Under the pieces are notes generated by a model. That model was not told the origin of the DNA, did no database searches, and worked only from the letters and a program-made list of their open reading frames with translations. This document shows positions 42,588-54,485 of a stretch of DNA of 64,000 nucleotides, one piece after another (position 1 is the stretch's first letter; the number at the start of each line of letters is the position of its first letter). The position numbers were made by a program, and so were the translations under genes. The DNA is from Eledone cirrhosa (taxonomy: Eukaryota), in contig OZ024742.1 in the NCBI GenBank assembly GCA_964016885.1, positions 181,660,001 to 181,724,000 of the forward strand, read 5' to 3'.

Positions 42588-43016
42588 TAGGGTAGAGGTG
42601 AATAATTCCTTTCCAACATATATATTTAGCAATTCTTCTATCAAGTCAACTATTTAACTGAATATGCTTCGTCGAGGAAATCTAAATAAGATCCAAACGC
42701 AATTGTTGCTTTCACCATGTTAATAAAGATAAGGCCCAGTCACGTTGCATTGTGTAAAAATCTCTCAAATCTAGGTTGGCTGAAGTTATAGGATTTCTCA
42801 GTATATGAACACACCCAAAAGCGCGTTTTGATCTTGAAATTGTGAGGATAGTCTCAGTTCTTTGAAATATTTCCCCCTCGTTCGTTATATCGAGATTAAG
42901 CACACTCACATTTCGTTTGAACAGTTTAAGCAGAGATTATTTGCTTACACTCGAATAGGGTGGAAGCAAAGATTTTGTGTTTAAACTTTTAATCTGTTCA
43001 AATAAATATTTGTTAT

Positions 43017-43054
<38 letters not shown>

Positions 43055-44309
43055 TGGCAGCCATACCCGGCGTTGCCCGGGTGTAAGTCTACTATTAGTA
43101 AATAATTTTTTTAAAGAGAAAACAACGTAGCACGAACCCCCCAAAAACATTTATTTTTAACCATAAGAAGTATGTGTTGTTCGATGTAAAAACGGTAAAA
43201 TGTTATGGAATATGAAAGGTGAATGAGTGTAAAAGTGTGACGTTGACGCGGTGAAGTTCCAAACGCGAGCTATGCCACAAGGAAGTCAGCAGCCCAAAAG
43301 GGAGTCACATGGAATTTATGACAAAAATGTGGGATGTTTGGCAATTCAGGGACTGAAGTCGTTGCGGGATGACGGAGATAATGTATGACGACTTCGAGTG
43401 AAAGGTACAAATGAGGGGGGTGCTATACGTTTGCTACAGTAGAAACGTACATTTTTCGTCATGCATTGCGTATATGTAGGCATTCTAATGATTTATGTAG
43501 TTTGAAATGCTTACCATTCTGTATAGTTGTGGCTGCCAATAGAAACTGTGACGTTGCTTTCCTTAGACTGATTACAGTGACATAGACCAAACATGAAGGA
43601 CGCTCAACATTCCTCAACACAAATTCTGCACCAATCTCGATTGGAAAAGTAATAGAGAATAACGAATAGCGCTTATTACGCCAAAAGAAAAATGCTAAAG
43701 CAACTTCTATTGCACGAGATGCAGAAAACGAAACACAACGTTCGATGCGACAGCAAATAAATGCTGCTGCTTGAGGTGCAGAAAACGATTCTCAACCCTC
43801 ACTGCGACAGAAAGCAAATATTAAGGCAACGTCTATTGCAAGAGATGCAGAGAACGAACCAGAGCGTTCATTACGGCAGCATAGAAATGCTGAGGCAACT
43901 TCCGCAGCTCGAGCTGCATCAACCGAAACAAAGCGGCAACTGCGGCAACAAAGAAATGGGAGTCAACTCCCGCAGCTCAACCGAAACACAGCGTCAACTG
44001 CGGCAGCAAAGAACTGTGAGTCAACGTCTGCTGTTTGAGCTGTATCAACCGAAACACGGCGTCAACTGCGGCAGCAAAGACATGTGAATCAACGTCTGCT
44101 GCACGCGCTGGCGAATCCATTGAAAACTGATTCAACCAACCAGAGGGGAACGTGCATTTCAATACCGTGCAGCTCAAAGTGGTCACAACTTTTACAGTCG
44201 AAAAGTATGGTGTTATGAATTTCAAAAAGGCAGTATGTCTACAATTTGGTAATTGTTGAAAGCAGCGAGGTATTTGATTGTTAGAAGACGGTTTGTGTCG
44301 CAGTGTTGA

Positions 44310-44759
44310 TTACAGAACTTCTTGGTACACAATGTTTGTGGTTTTACCATTTGGAGTAAATGCATAAAGGTTTCTTTTGCTTCCCACTCTGGGACATCCA
44401 ACGTATAGCTGACTGTTCGAAAAGCATGGCTCTTCTAGGTTTATTCCCGCGACGGACAATGTTTGCCCCTGAGACTTATTTATCGTCATAGCGAAACTAC
44501 AACGAACTGGAAGCTGGAGCCTCCTAAATGAAATGGGGATCTCTGATGTTGACGGACAAAGGGGAATCTTTGGGATAAAAACATTTTCCCCCTTTCCACA
44601 CCCCGAGAGAATCGTCGCCTCGATCAAGTTTTGCGTTAGTTTATTTACTGTAAGGCGGGTGCCGTTGCAGAGTTTTGGTGGATGTAGATTCCTCAAAAGC
44701 ATAATTGGGCATCCTTGCTTAAGTTCCAATCGATGAGATGGTAACTCGGAGGGGTTCAA
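44310..44759 (-). pseudogene. Helitron Pif1-family helicase C-terminus
   Basis: [29 protein letters not shown]. Confidence 0.9.
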
Positions 44760-45539
44760 TGAGTTAAGAAACTCAATTGGCTAGTTAATAGGGTCTGTGA
44801 CTGTATCGATGGACTTGTATGTACACGAAGCTGTATGAAGAAACTTAAGCAGTTGTCCGTTGATTTCGTCGACAGTCTCATTTTTCGGAGCCAGTATTGC
44901 CCTTTCGCACAGCCAGTTTGGATTTTGGTAGTTAGTGCTCAACTCAGGGAATACTGCATCTGTCAAGTCGTCAGCACTGTCGACTAAAGTGCAGACCGGT
45001 TCGAGGGAGATTTTTTAATCTTCATCGAGTGGCATTTTGCCGTTCCCAAGTGTCAATAGGTTGATAGCAAAATCTGATGACACTTGGTCACATAGCATCC
45101 GAGTTCTCAAGTTCGTAGAGAGCGTTAATGTTGTAACATGATTTAAAGCATGCTCGAATAGCATCAACCCTTGTTCCTTTGAGAATAACAGGGAGGGTTT
45201 GTCTAAAATCTCCGGATAAAAGGACAGTCACGCCTCCCATGGGATCCTGAGAGTCTCTTATGTCTCTTAAAGACCGGTCCAGTGCCTCCAAAGCTCCTTT
45301 ATGAGCCATGGTACATTCGTCCCAAACTTTTACGCAGTTCTGCCTTTTCTGATCCTTTGGTAATATTACAGCAGGGTGTGTCATTTGCTGTCATATTGAG
45401 GGGGAGTTTGAAGGCTGAATGTGCTGTCCTGCCCCCGGGAAGCAAGGTTGCTGCAATACCGGAAGACGCAACAGCAAGTGCTATGAATCTGTGTTGTCGA
45501 ACCTTGGCAAGGAGAAGCCGTATGACAAAAGTCTTCCCT

Positions 45540-45591
<52 letters not shown>

Positions 45592-45596
<5 letters not shown>

Positions 45597-45790
45597 ATAA
45601 TAATAAATTTGAAGGCTAAAATCCAAAGAGGGCTCGATAAGGATAAATATATATCAAATATATAAGAACCGTAGAGCAAATATTTATTAAATCGCTGCTT
45701 TCACCCTTAACGGGATCTTCTGAAGATCCCGTTAAGGGTGAAAGCAGCGATTCTTTGCTTAAACTTTAATCTGTTATTTTAATAAATATA
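45592..45790. mobile_element. Foldback PLE pseudo-LTR (family C) with hammerhead core at 45720-45768
   Basis: CUGAAGA-uCCC(guuaa)GGGu-GAAAGCA...UGC-UU; 5' strand of stem I replaced by the inversion. Confidence 0.7.
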
Positions 45791-45848
<58 letters not shown>

Positions 45849-46339
45849 TCACGCACGCGAACGCTCAAACGCACGCAAACTCACGCACGCACGTGTGCAC
45901 GTACACACACATGTTAATAGATTTAACTCTTACTGGAACGCTGCACGAACACACACACGCACACACACACGCGCGCACACATGTTAATTAGTTATAGCTT
46001 TCCTTCCCCTCTTCCACTGTCAAACACAGCGTCTGTCGTTCTCTCCCGCTATCCCCCTCTTTTAGTATGTCTGTTTCTTTCACTCTCACTCTTTCTTTTT
46101 CATTTTTATAGATATAGAAATTTTTTCTGTGCAAAGTAGTACTTATACTCAGTTTTATCGATTTTTTACCTGGATACATGGGGAGTCGATCATTCGCAAT
46201 GTCGTGACGACCTGCCCTGATAATTTTGTGGTTGATTACAAAAGAAATTTTGAAAATCGGCCTTGCGGATCAAAGGTTTCTGCGGAACAGACACACACAC
46301 ACAGACAGACAGACATTTTCATATATATATTAATATGTA

Positions 46340-47078
46340 TATAAATGGAAAAAATTAAATTGAAATTTCATTTCTCACTCGTAGTACGGCTGATACTTAA
46401 ATATAAGTATGTATACGTACATACATATATGTATACAGACGTACAATAGTATGTATATACATACATACATGTACACATATATATAAGTACGTATGGGTTT
46501 ACCGAACATTTATTATAATTGTCGGTTTGTTTGTAAACAAACAGCCCGAATGAAGCCGTACAGTGTTCGGCAACCATCGTTGCCCATTTGTTCAACACTG
46601 ACAAAGGAACGATGAACTAGTTTCTAGCTTCTTAGCTGTCATCAGCACGTATAACTTCCTGTCAATCGATTGAACGTTTGAAAGTATATACTTTCCTTAT
46701 GCATATTAACGGCTGAGTAGCTTAATTTGCATATTGAGTGAGTTAGTCGGCCGGGCGTACCGAAAACGATAAATGGAAAAAATGAAATTAAAATTTCATT
46801 TTTCATTCTTAGTACGGCTGATACTTAAATATAAGTATGTATATGTACATACATATATGTATACAGACGTACAGTAATATATATATACATACATACATGT
46901 ACACATATATATATGTACGTATGGGTTCCCGAACACTGTACGGCTTTATTCGTGGTGTTTGTTTACAAACAAACCGAACATTATAATACCCATACGTACA
47001 TATATATATGTGTACATCTATGTATGTATATACATACTACTGTACATCTGTATACATATGTGTATGTACGTATACATA

Positions 47079-47085
<7 letters not shown>
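46340..47085 (-). mobile_element. Diverged copy of the ~430-bp HHR repeat, ~1.4 units plus an inverted end
   Basis: Reverse complement of the 26928-27818 unit; HHR at 46609-46650 (CUGAUGA-cAGCU(aaga)AGCUa-GAAA-CUAG-UU). Confidence 0.75.
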
Positions 47086-47119
<34 letters not shown>

Positions 47120-47315
47120 ATACTTGGGGAGGGTCATATTTGTGTAATATTGCCAGAATTAATAACAGAACACACTCACTGTTTGGTTGGTTTTCGCTTC
47201 TCGCTGTCTTTTATATCGGTAATCTAACTTACTCGGTCCTCAATGTTGCCATTGACTGACCGACGGTCAAAAATAATACAGATACAATATAGACACAAAC
47301 ACATATATATAGTTT

Positions 47316-47357
47316 ATCATAAATCTTTCGTTGCACATCTGCAACATCGTCAGTGGT
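47316..47357 (-). ncRNA. Minimal hammerhead (PLE family A, inverted arm)
   Basis: Reverse complement of 48980-49021. Confidence 0.7.
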
Positions 47358-48226
47358 GTTATATTTTCCTCCTGTTGTGTTGTATGTCTACGCCATTTTG
47401 TATTCAGTCTGTCTATATATTTATTTATTTATTTGCTTGTTTGTTTATTTTATTTTTATTTTGTCTTCTTTGCGCATGCGTTTGCGTGTGTGTATAGTGT
47501 TATGTTTGCTGTGTGATGGGTGACTAGTGTGTGTTTATGTGCTTGTTGTTATTGTGCTTGTGTATGTATTTATTTATCTTATTTTATTTACTTATTTATA
47601 CTTCTCTTAGGTCAGTGTTGTTTGTTTGGGTGTTGTTGTTATTCCATTCATTCTTTCTGTTTAGCTTTGGTCTTCTAATTTCTATTTCACTGGCCTCTCT
47701 GATTTGCCTATCTGCTGGGTCATTACTATGTTTAGATATTATTCTAATTTCTATGTTGTCTATGTTACCGTCATGTTGTTGTCTAGCATGTTCGTATAGA
47801 ACTGACCCGTTTTTTCGTCCTTTTAGTTCCCCCAGTGTTGGTCTATCCTTTCACCTATGCTACGAGCTGTCTCACCTATTTATGTTGTTGTCATGTTTCT
47901 GCAAGTACCCTCTGTACATCTTATGCTATAGACTACGTTTCTAGTTTTACAGTTTATCCGGGGGTTCACCTTACATATGATACATTTCCTATTGGTACAG
48001 TGGGTTTTCTTAAAAGGGTAGGTTTTGGTGATCAGGAATTTTATGGTGGTTCCTGGCTTTTCTACCACCTTTATTTTTAAGTGGGTCTTTCTCAGGGCCT
48101 TTCTACACTGGTTAGCTAATTTCCCTCCAGGGGTGGCGTCCACAAACATGACACTCTGGTATCTCTGGTTGTCGTACCATGATGTGGCTTTCCCTATCTT
48201 ATGTCTAGCCCTATCTAAGTTATTCC

Positions 48227-48262
<36 letters not shown>

Positions 48263-48271
48263 TAAATAAAG

Positions 48272-48745
48272 GTGGTAGAAAAGCCAGGAACCACCATAAA
48301 ATCCCTGATCAGCAAAACCTACCCTTTTAAGAAAACCCACTGTACCAATAGGAAATGTATCATATGTAAGGTGAACCCCCGGATAAACTGTAAAACTAGA
48401 AACGTAGTCTATAGCATAAGATGTACAGAGGGTACTTGCAGAAACATGACAACAACATACATAGGTGAGACAGCTCGTAGCATAGGCGAAAGGATAGACC
48501 AACACTGGGGGGAACTAAAAGGACGAAGAAACGGATCAGTTCTATACGAACATGCTAGACAACAACATGACGGTAACATAGACAACATAGAAATTAGAAT
48601 AATATCTAAACATAGTAATGACCCAGCAGATAGGCAAATCAGAGAGGCCAGTGAAATAGAAATTAGAAGACCAAAGCTAAACAGAAAGAATGAATGGAAT
48701 AACAACAACACCCAAACAAACAACACTGACCTAAGAGAAGTATAA
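48272..48745 (+). CDS. PLE GIY-YIG endonuclease (5'-truncated)
   Basis: CTNRKCIIC linker, NVVYSIRC...YIGETARSIGERIDQH, RQIREA..I..RRPKLN. Confidence 0.85.
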   Translation: MVEKPGTTIKSLISKTYPFKKTHCTNRKCIICKVNPRINCKTRNVVYSIRCTEGTCRNMTTTYIGETARSIGERIDQHWGELKGRRNGSVLYEHARQQHDGNIDNIEIRIISKHSNDPADRQIREASEIEIRRPKLNRKNEWNNNNTQTNNTDLREV

Positions 48746-48979
48746 ATAAGTAAATAAAATAAGATAAATAAATACATACACAAGCACAATAACAACAAGC
48801 ACATAAACACACACTAGTCACCCATCACACAGCAAACATAACACTATACACACACGCAAACGCATGCGCAAAGAAGACAAAATAAAAATAAAATAAACAA
48901 ACAAGCAAATAAATAAATATATAGACAGACTGAATAAAAAATGGCATAGACATACAACACAACAGGAGGAAAATATAAC

Positions 48980-49021
48980 ACCACTGACGATGTTGCAGAC
49001 GTGCAACGAAAGATTTATGAT
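48980..49021 (+). ncRNA. Minimal hammerhead (PLE family A)
   Basis: acCA-CUGACGA-u-GUUGCA(gacg)UGCAAC-GAAA-GAUU-UA-UGau. Confidence 0.7.
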
Positions 49022-49034
49022 AAACTATATATAT

Positions 49035-50950
49035 GTGTCGTTTCTGAATTTGTTTAGCAAGATTCTTTATCTGAAATCGTGTGTTGAAACCGATATCGTT
49101 ATACTTTGGGAGGTCAGAGTGTATAGAGGAGCCAGAACCAAATGGAACGGGTGGACCAGAGCCATACGGACACCCGAAAACCACGATGAACTGAAGAAAA
49201 TGATTGCACATGCGGTAGGGGCCAGCATAAAACTAACCCTTAAGGAACATATGTTCAAATTTAATGGAAAAACATATGCCCAAGAGGAAGGAGCAGCCAT
49301 TGGTGTTAGCATTGCAGGCGACATAGCTAACTTATTCATGGTATGGTGGGACAGTAGACTTAAACTTAAACTTAAAGAACAATTAGAAGACCCCTTAACC
49401 CTGATAATGTACTCCCGCTACGTAGATGATATAAACATCGTAGTTAAGACACCCCCACTAGAGAACAGTCAGAAACTAGAGAAAAACACAATGGAAAGCA
49501 TCCAGCAAATAGCAAACTCCATCCACCAGAGCATTAGAGTTACTATAGACTACCCAAGTAAACACCCCAACCATCGATTACCTGTACTAGACACAGAGCT
49601 CTGGTTAGATACCATTAACAACAAAAAACAAATCCTCCATTCCCATTATGTCAAACCCATGACTTCCAAACATCTGATCCACCGAAACTCGGCCATTTCG
49701 GACCATACCAAAATCAACATACTGATTGCGGATTTGGTACGGGTGATGAGAAATGTGTCCCGCATGTGCAACCCCGAAGAACTAGAGACACATACAACAC
49801 TTCATCCACCGTATGCAGTTCTCTGGCTACAATCAGAGAGATAAAATCAGAGTGTATAGAGGAGCCAGAACCAAATGGGAAAAAATGGTAAATAATGACA
49901 TAAATGGGACCTGCCCCTTGTATAGGAGCAAATTTTGGAATAGAATAGAAAGAACTAGGAACAAGGCTAATAGAATAAACTCATGGTATGATAGCAATAA
50001 ATACCAGAGTGTAATGTAGATCGATACAACCCCTAGAGGTGAATTAGCTTACAAATTTAGAAGGGCCCTAAATAAACATAAACTCAATATTAAGATGGTA
50101 GAAAGACCAGGTACCTCCGTAAAAACACTTATTAGCAAGACATACCCTTTTCAAAGACCCTCATGTATAGATAAGAAATGTATAACCTGTAAAATAAGCC
50201 CCCATATTAACTGTAAAACTAGAAATGTAGTGTATAGCATAAGATGTACTGAAGGACAATGTAGAGACAAAAATATAGTGTACATAGGTGAGACAGCTCG
50301 TAGTGTAGGGGAACGGATAAATGAACACTGGCGAGACCTTCAAGATAATAAAGAATCATCTGTACTCTACCAACATGCTAAAATAGAACACAAGGGTAAA
50401 TTAGAGAACATAGAAATAAAAAATAGAATCTACACACAGAAAAGACGCAATGTTTAGACAAATTACAGAGGCAATAAACATAAAAGAATTACAACCAAAA
50501 TTAAATAGAAAATATGAGTGGAACAGCAACATCACAACTTACAATTAAGGACAAAATGAAAACACACACACGCATAGAACAAACAACCAACCAGTAACAT
50601 GTAAATAAACAAATAAATAAATGAACATAAACACACACAGACACCCGGATGTGGCGCATGCGCAGACTGAGCACACAACACACACACAGAAACAAAATGG
50701 CGTAGGACAGAACAAAGGAGAGGCACAGAAACAAAGAAAGGAATCCCCAGTCACTGAAGAGGTCACAGAGTGTGTGACGAAAGAACTATGACAATATATA
50801 AACAACTATCTAGTTGTGGAACCAACCAACCAACCAGAAATTTATAAATTTATAAATTTATTATAAATTTATTATAATAATAAATTGAAGTGAAAGCAAC
50901 TGGTGCGTGCGTTTCTTATTGGCAATATGACCCTCCCAAAGTATAACAAT
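49035..50950 (+). mobile_element. PLE family B, 5'-truncated: inverted pLTR tip, RT, GIY-YIG, pLTR
   Basis: FKFNGKTYAQEEGAAIG...ANLFM, RYVDD, LPVLD, then NVVYSIRC...YIGETAR; frameshift and stop present. Confidence 0.9.
50749..50792 (+). ncRNA. Minimal hammerhead (PLE family B)
   Basis: GUCA-CUGAAGA-g-GUCACA(gagug)UGUGAC-GAAA-GAAC-UA-UGAC, sense to the RT ORF and downstream of it. Confidence 0.75.
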
Positions 50951-51203
50951 ATATATATGTGTTTGTGTCTATATTGTATCTGTATTATTTTTGACCATCG
51001 TTCAGTCAATGGCAACATTGAGGACCGAGTAAGTTAGATTACCGATATAAAAGACAGCGAGAAGCGAATACCAACCAAACAGTGAGTGTGTTCTGTTATT
51101 AATTCTGGCAATATTACACAAATATGACCCTCCCCAAGTATAACAATATTTGTTTCGACACACGATTTCATATAAAAAACCTCGCAAAACTAATTCATCG
51201 CCG

Positions 51204-51255
<52 letters not shown>

Positions 51256-51397
51256 TTATCTAGGTTTGAAGGTTCACCACTGGATAGAGCTGGTCAATTC
51301 CGTATGGTCAATCTTGATGTAATAATATGGAGAGTACTGAACATAAAGCAGCTCAACAGTCTTTGTTTGTGTAGTTGTTGGTGCGAGTACGGAGTTA

Positions 51398-52812
51398 AAT
51401 ATTATAATAAAATAACAGGAGGCTGGTCTTGTGTAAACCCTTGAAAGGTTTATTATAGTATGATCATTTCAATGACCGCTTGTACTCATTAGCTCACTTG
51501 TACCCATTAGCACACGACACTAGAATATCTCCCCTGAGAACAACAATACCTATTACCCGAACTATCCGGGGACCTAGATATAGTCTATCTGCGCTTTTCA
51601 TCGAGTTTTACAATTGATGTCACGAGATGATCCGACTGTTGTGTTGGTTTTCCTAGCAGCTAGACCGGCCTCCTGGTGCATAAGCCTACCTTGAGTGCTT
51701 GGAAAAATAAATTTCCCCTTCTTTCGGTAAATGAAATTACTCGAAGCGGTTGATTCGCCCCGGGGCCCGCCGCGCAGCCGTTTTTGATCGCCATATAGTA
51801 CCTTTAAATTCTAGGCCTAATCATAACTATTAGCTGTATCATGCCTCCCTCTACTTAAACAAATTCCCCTCCTGTGTAAATTACTAGTATTCGTTTGGTA
51901 TAACGATGGCCTAACGACGACGATGGCTGACTTCCCACTAGCACACCTGAAGCCTGGAATACATTCCTCGAGTGCTTAGAAAAATTGATTTCCATATCTT
52001 TCGCTAGGCGATCTCACTCGGAATGGCTGACACGTGGTTAGGATGGGTTGGCCGGAGTCTGCAGTCGCCGCAAGCTGTTTGACTGCTAAACAAGGACATA
52101 ATCTTTACTCTACATCCCACCCGGATAACTTATGGAGGATCTCTATAATACAATTAAAGTTTCTTCATAAAAGACTCTTAAAAACTGTTTAATTTTCAAT
52201 TTTCTAATTTTTTCATTTTATAATGTTAATCTTTAATTTTTTTAACTTCATCCTATAAATCTAAACAAAAATTTAACGTTCCAATTTTCTGTTCACACAT
52301 TATACCATGTAGACCCCCACTATATACACCTCTGTTATAATATATACCTCTGTTAAGATACGGGTCCTTTAGAATAACCTTTTTTCGCGGCAATTCCTGG
52401 CCTGATTGTAGCATGACATTAATTCTGACTTTTCTTCCTCTTTCTTTCTGTCTTTTTCTTGTAGCATGACATTAACGCTGACTTTTCTTCCTCTTTCTTT
52501 CTGTTTTTCTTCTCTTTGACCGGGAGGTTAGTAGCACAATATAAACTTTAGCCCCATCACCAGATAGCCTTAAGTAGGCCGAATGGCCAGCACTTGAGGG
52601 CGACCGGCTAAAGTGGAAGATGCTAGATGGTCGGTCGTCCTCGGGTCTATGATTTTCAGCTCCATGGATTTTATCTGTTACATTCATTTATTATTTTCGA
52701 ATACCTGATGATATCACCGGATTCATACGGAACCCGGTCATTGAAATGATCATAGTATAATAAACCTTTCAAGGATTTACACAAGTCCAGCCTCCTGTTA
52801 TTTTATTCTAAT
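51398..52812 (+). mobile_element. ~1.4-kb non-coding PLE-like element with inverted ends and a 3' hammerhead
   Basis: 51398-51478 is the reverse complement of ~52735-52812; no convincing ORF. Confidence 0.65.
52701..52758 (+). ncRNA. Type I hammerhead
   Basis: AUAC-CUGAUGA-uAUcACCGG...CCGGUcAUu-GAAA-UGAUCA-UA-GUAU; palindromic stem III. Confidence 0.8.
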
Positions 52813-52980
52813 ATATATATATATAATTGCAACTATATAATTTTTATCAAGGTCTCATTGGATTTTGGTCTTTTGAATTATCAACATATATTATTATATT
52901 TTGGGATGGTCATGTTGCCAATAAAAAAACACATGCACCAGATAAATTTTGCTTCAGTTTTATCACTGGTAGGGCATCTA

Positions 52981-53380
52981 GGGCGGTAGATTGGCAGTAT
53001 CAGTAGAGCGTCGGACAACATGCTTTGTGACATAGAGTTATGGCCTTTTACGGTCTGCGTTCAAATCCTGCCGAAGTTAGCTTAGCCTTTCATTCTTACG
53101 GGGTCAATAAAATTAAGTACCAGTTACGCACTGGGGTTGAATTAATCAACTTTCCCCTCCCCCTAAAATTGTTGACCTTGTGCTTAAATCAGAGGTGAAT
53201 TGGCAGTATCGGTAGAGTGTCGGACGCCATGCTTTCTAGCATAGAGTTACGTCCCTTTACGGTCTGAGTTCAAATCCCGCCGAGGTTAACTTTGCCTTTC
53301 ATCCTTACGGGGTCGATAAAATAAAGTACCAGTAATGCACTGGGTATTTGCTGGCCTTGTGCTTAACGTAGAAACAATTA
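52981..53380 (+). mobile_element. Two tandem tRNA-derived SINEs
   Basis: Starts at 52981 and ~53192. Confidence 0.85.
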
Positions 53381-53679
53381 TTTCTTTATTGACCTCAAGG
53401 GCCCAGACATTGGGGACTATACAAGGACGAAGTCATCACAACAAAAAGTGGGGTTTACATCAAGTAACTAAAACATACCTCGGTTGGTTTTTGTAACCGT
53501 ATGGTTATTTAATTGTCAAAGATCTTTCGTAACATTCTTAGCGTCTTCTTCACAATCTCAATTCTGCTCCTCCGAATCTTCTCTCCGCTTCAATTTTTTT
53601 TCCAGTTACTTCATCTTGTCTATCTGGTGCTGTCGGTGATTTGGTTGTTGCTGTTTATATTAGTATTGGTATGATTTTT

Positions 53680-54451
53680 TGTGTTGGTTGCGTAGGTGGC
53701 CTCTCGGTGGTGTGAGTGGTGGTGTGTGTGGTGTTAGAGACGTTGGGGGTTATTGGTGGTGTTGATGTTGGTGTTGGTGTTGGTGTTAGTGTGTGTTTGT
53801 GTTGGTTGCGTAGGTGGCCTCGCGGTGGTGTGAGTGGTAGTGTGAGTGGTGTTAGAGACGTTGGGTTATTGGTGGTGTTGATGTTGGTGTTGGTGTTGGT
53901 GTTAGTGTGTGTTTGTGTTGGTTGCGTAGGTGGCCTCTCGGTGGTGTGAGTGGTGGTGTGAGTGGTGTTAGAGACGTTGGGGGTTATTGGTGGTGTTGAT
54001 GTTGGTGTTGGTGTTGGTGTTAGTGTGTGTTTGTGTTGGTTGCGTAGGTGGCCTCTCGGTGGTGTGAGTGGTGTTAGGGATGTTGGGTGTGTTGGTGCTG
54101 TTAATGTTGGTGTTGGTGTGTGTGTGTGTGTGTGTGTTGGTTGCGTAGGTGGCCTCTCGGTGGTGTGAGTGGTGGTGTGTGTGGTGTTAGAGACGTTGGG
54201 GGTTATTGGTGGTGTTGATGTTGGTGTTGGTGTTGGTGTTAGTGTGTGTTTGTGTTGGTTGCGTAGGTGGCCTCTCGGTGGTGTGAGTGGTGGTGTGAGT
54301 GGTGTTAGAGACGTTGGGGGTTATTGGTGGTGTTGATGTTGGTGTTGGTGTTGGTGTTAGTGTGTGTTTGTGTTGGTTGCGTAGGTGGCCTCTCGGTGGG
54401 GTGAGTGGTGTTAGGGATGTTGGGGGTGTTGGTGGTGTTGATGTTGGTGTT

Positions 54452-54485
<34 letters not shown>

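Larger units (their letters stand above)
43054..46330 (-). mobile_element. Internally deleted Helitron (Pif1-like helicase fragments), interrupted by a PLE pLTR
   Basis: [65 protein letters not shown]; 3' hairpin cccgggcaacgccggg followed by CCAG-T at 43054; (ctgt)n-containing 5' end near 46330 is less certain. Confidence 0.85.
47113..51205 (+). mobile_element. PLE family A: inverted 3' segment (47113-48230) plus direct segment (48260-49030, 50951-51205), split by a nested family B element
   Basis: GIY-YIG ORF in both orientations; pLTR sequence resumes after the family B insert. Confidence 0.85.

Noticed and set aside
44310-44759. Host PIF1 gene
   Set aside because: Intronless, stop-interrupted and followed by a Helitron 3' hairpin terminus
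47250-47280. ctgaccgacggtcaaaa hammerhead-like string
   Set aside because: The core does not fit CUGANGA/GAAA in either copy, and the family A HHR lies elsewhere
48990-49145. N-terminus of the 284-aa ORF as a novel RT extension
   Set aside because: It is read-through of the HHR, the inverted pLTR tip and a template-jump fragment
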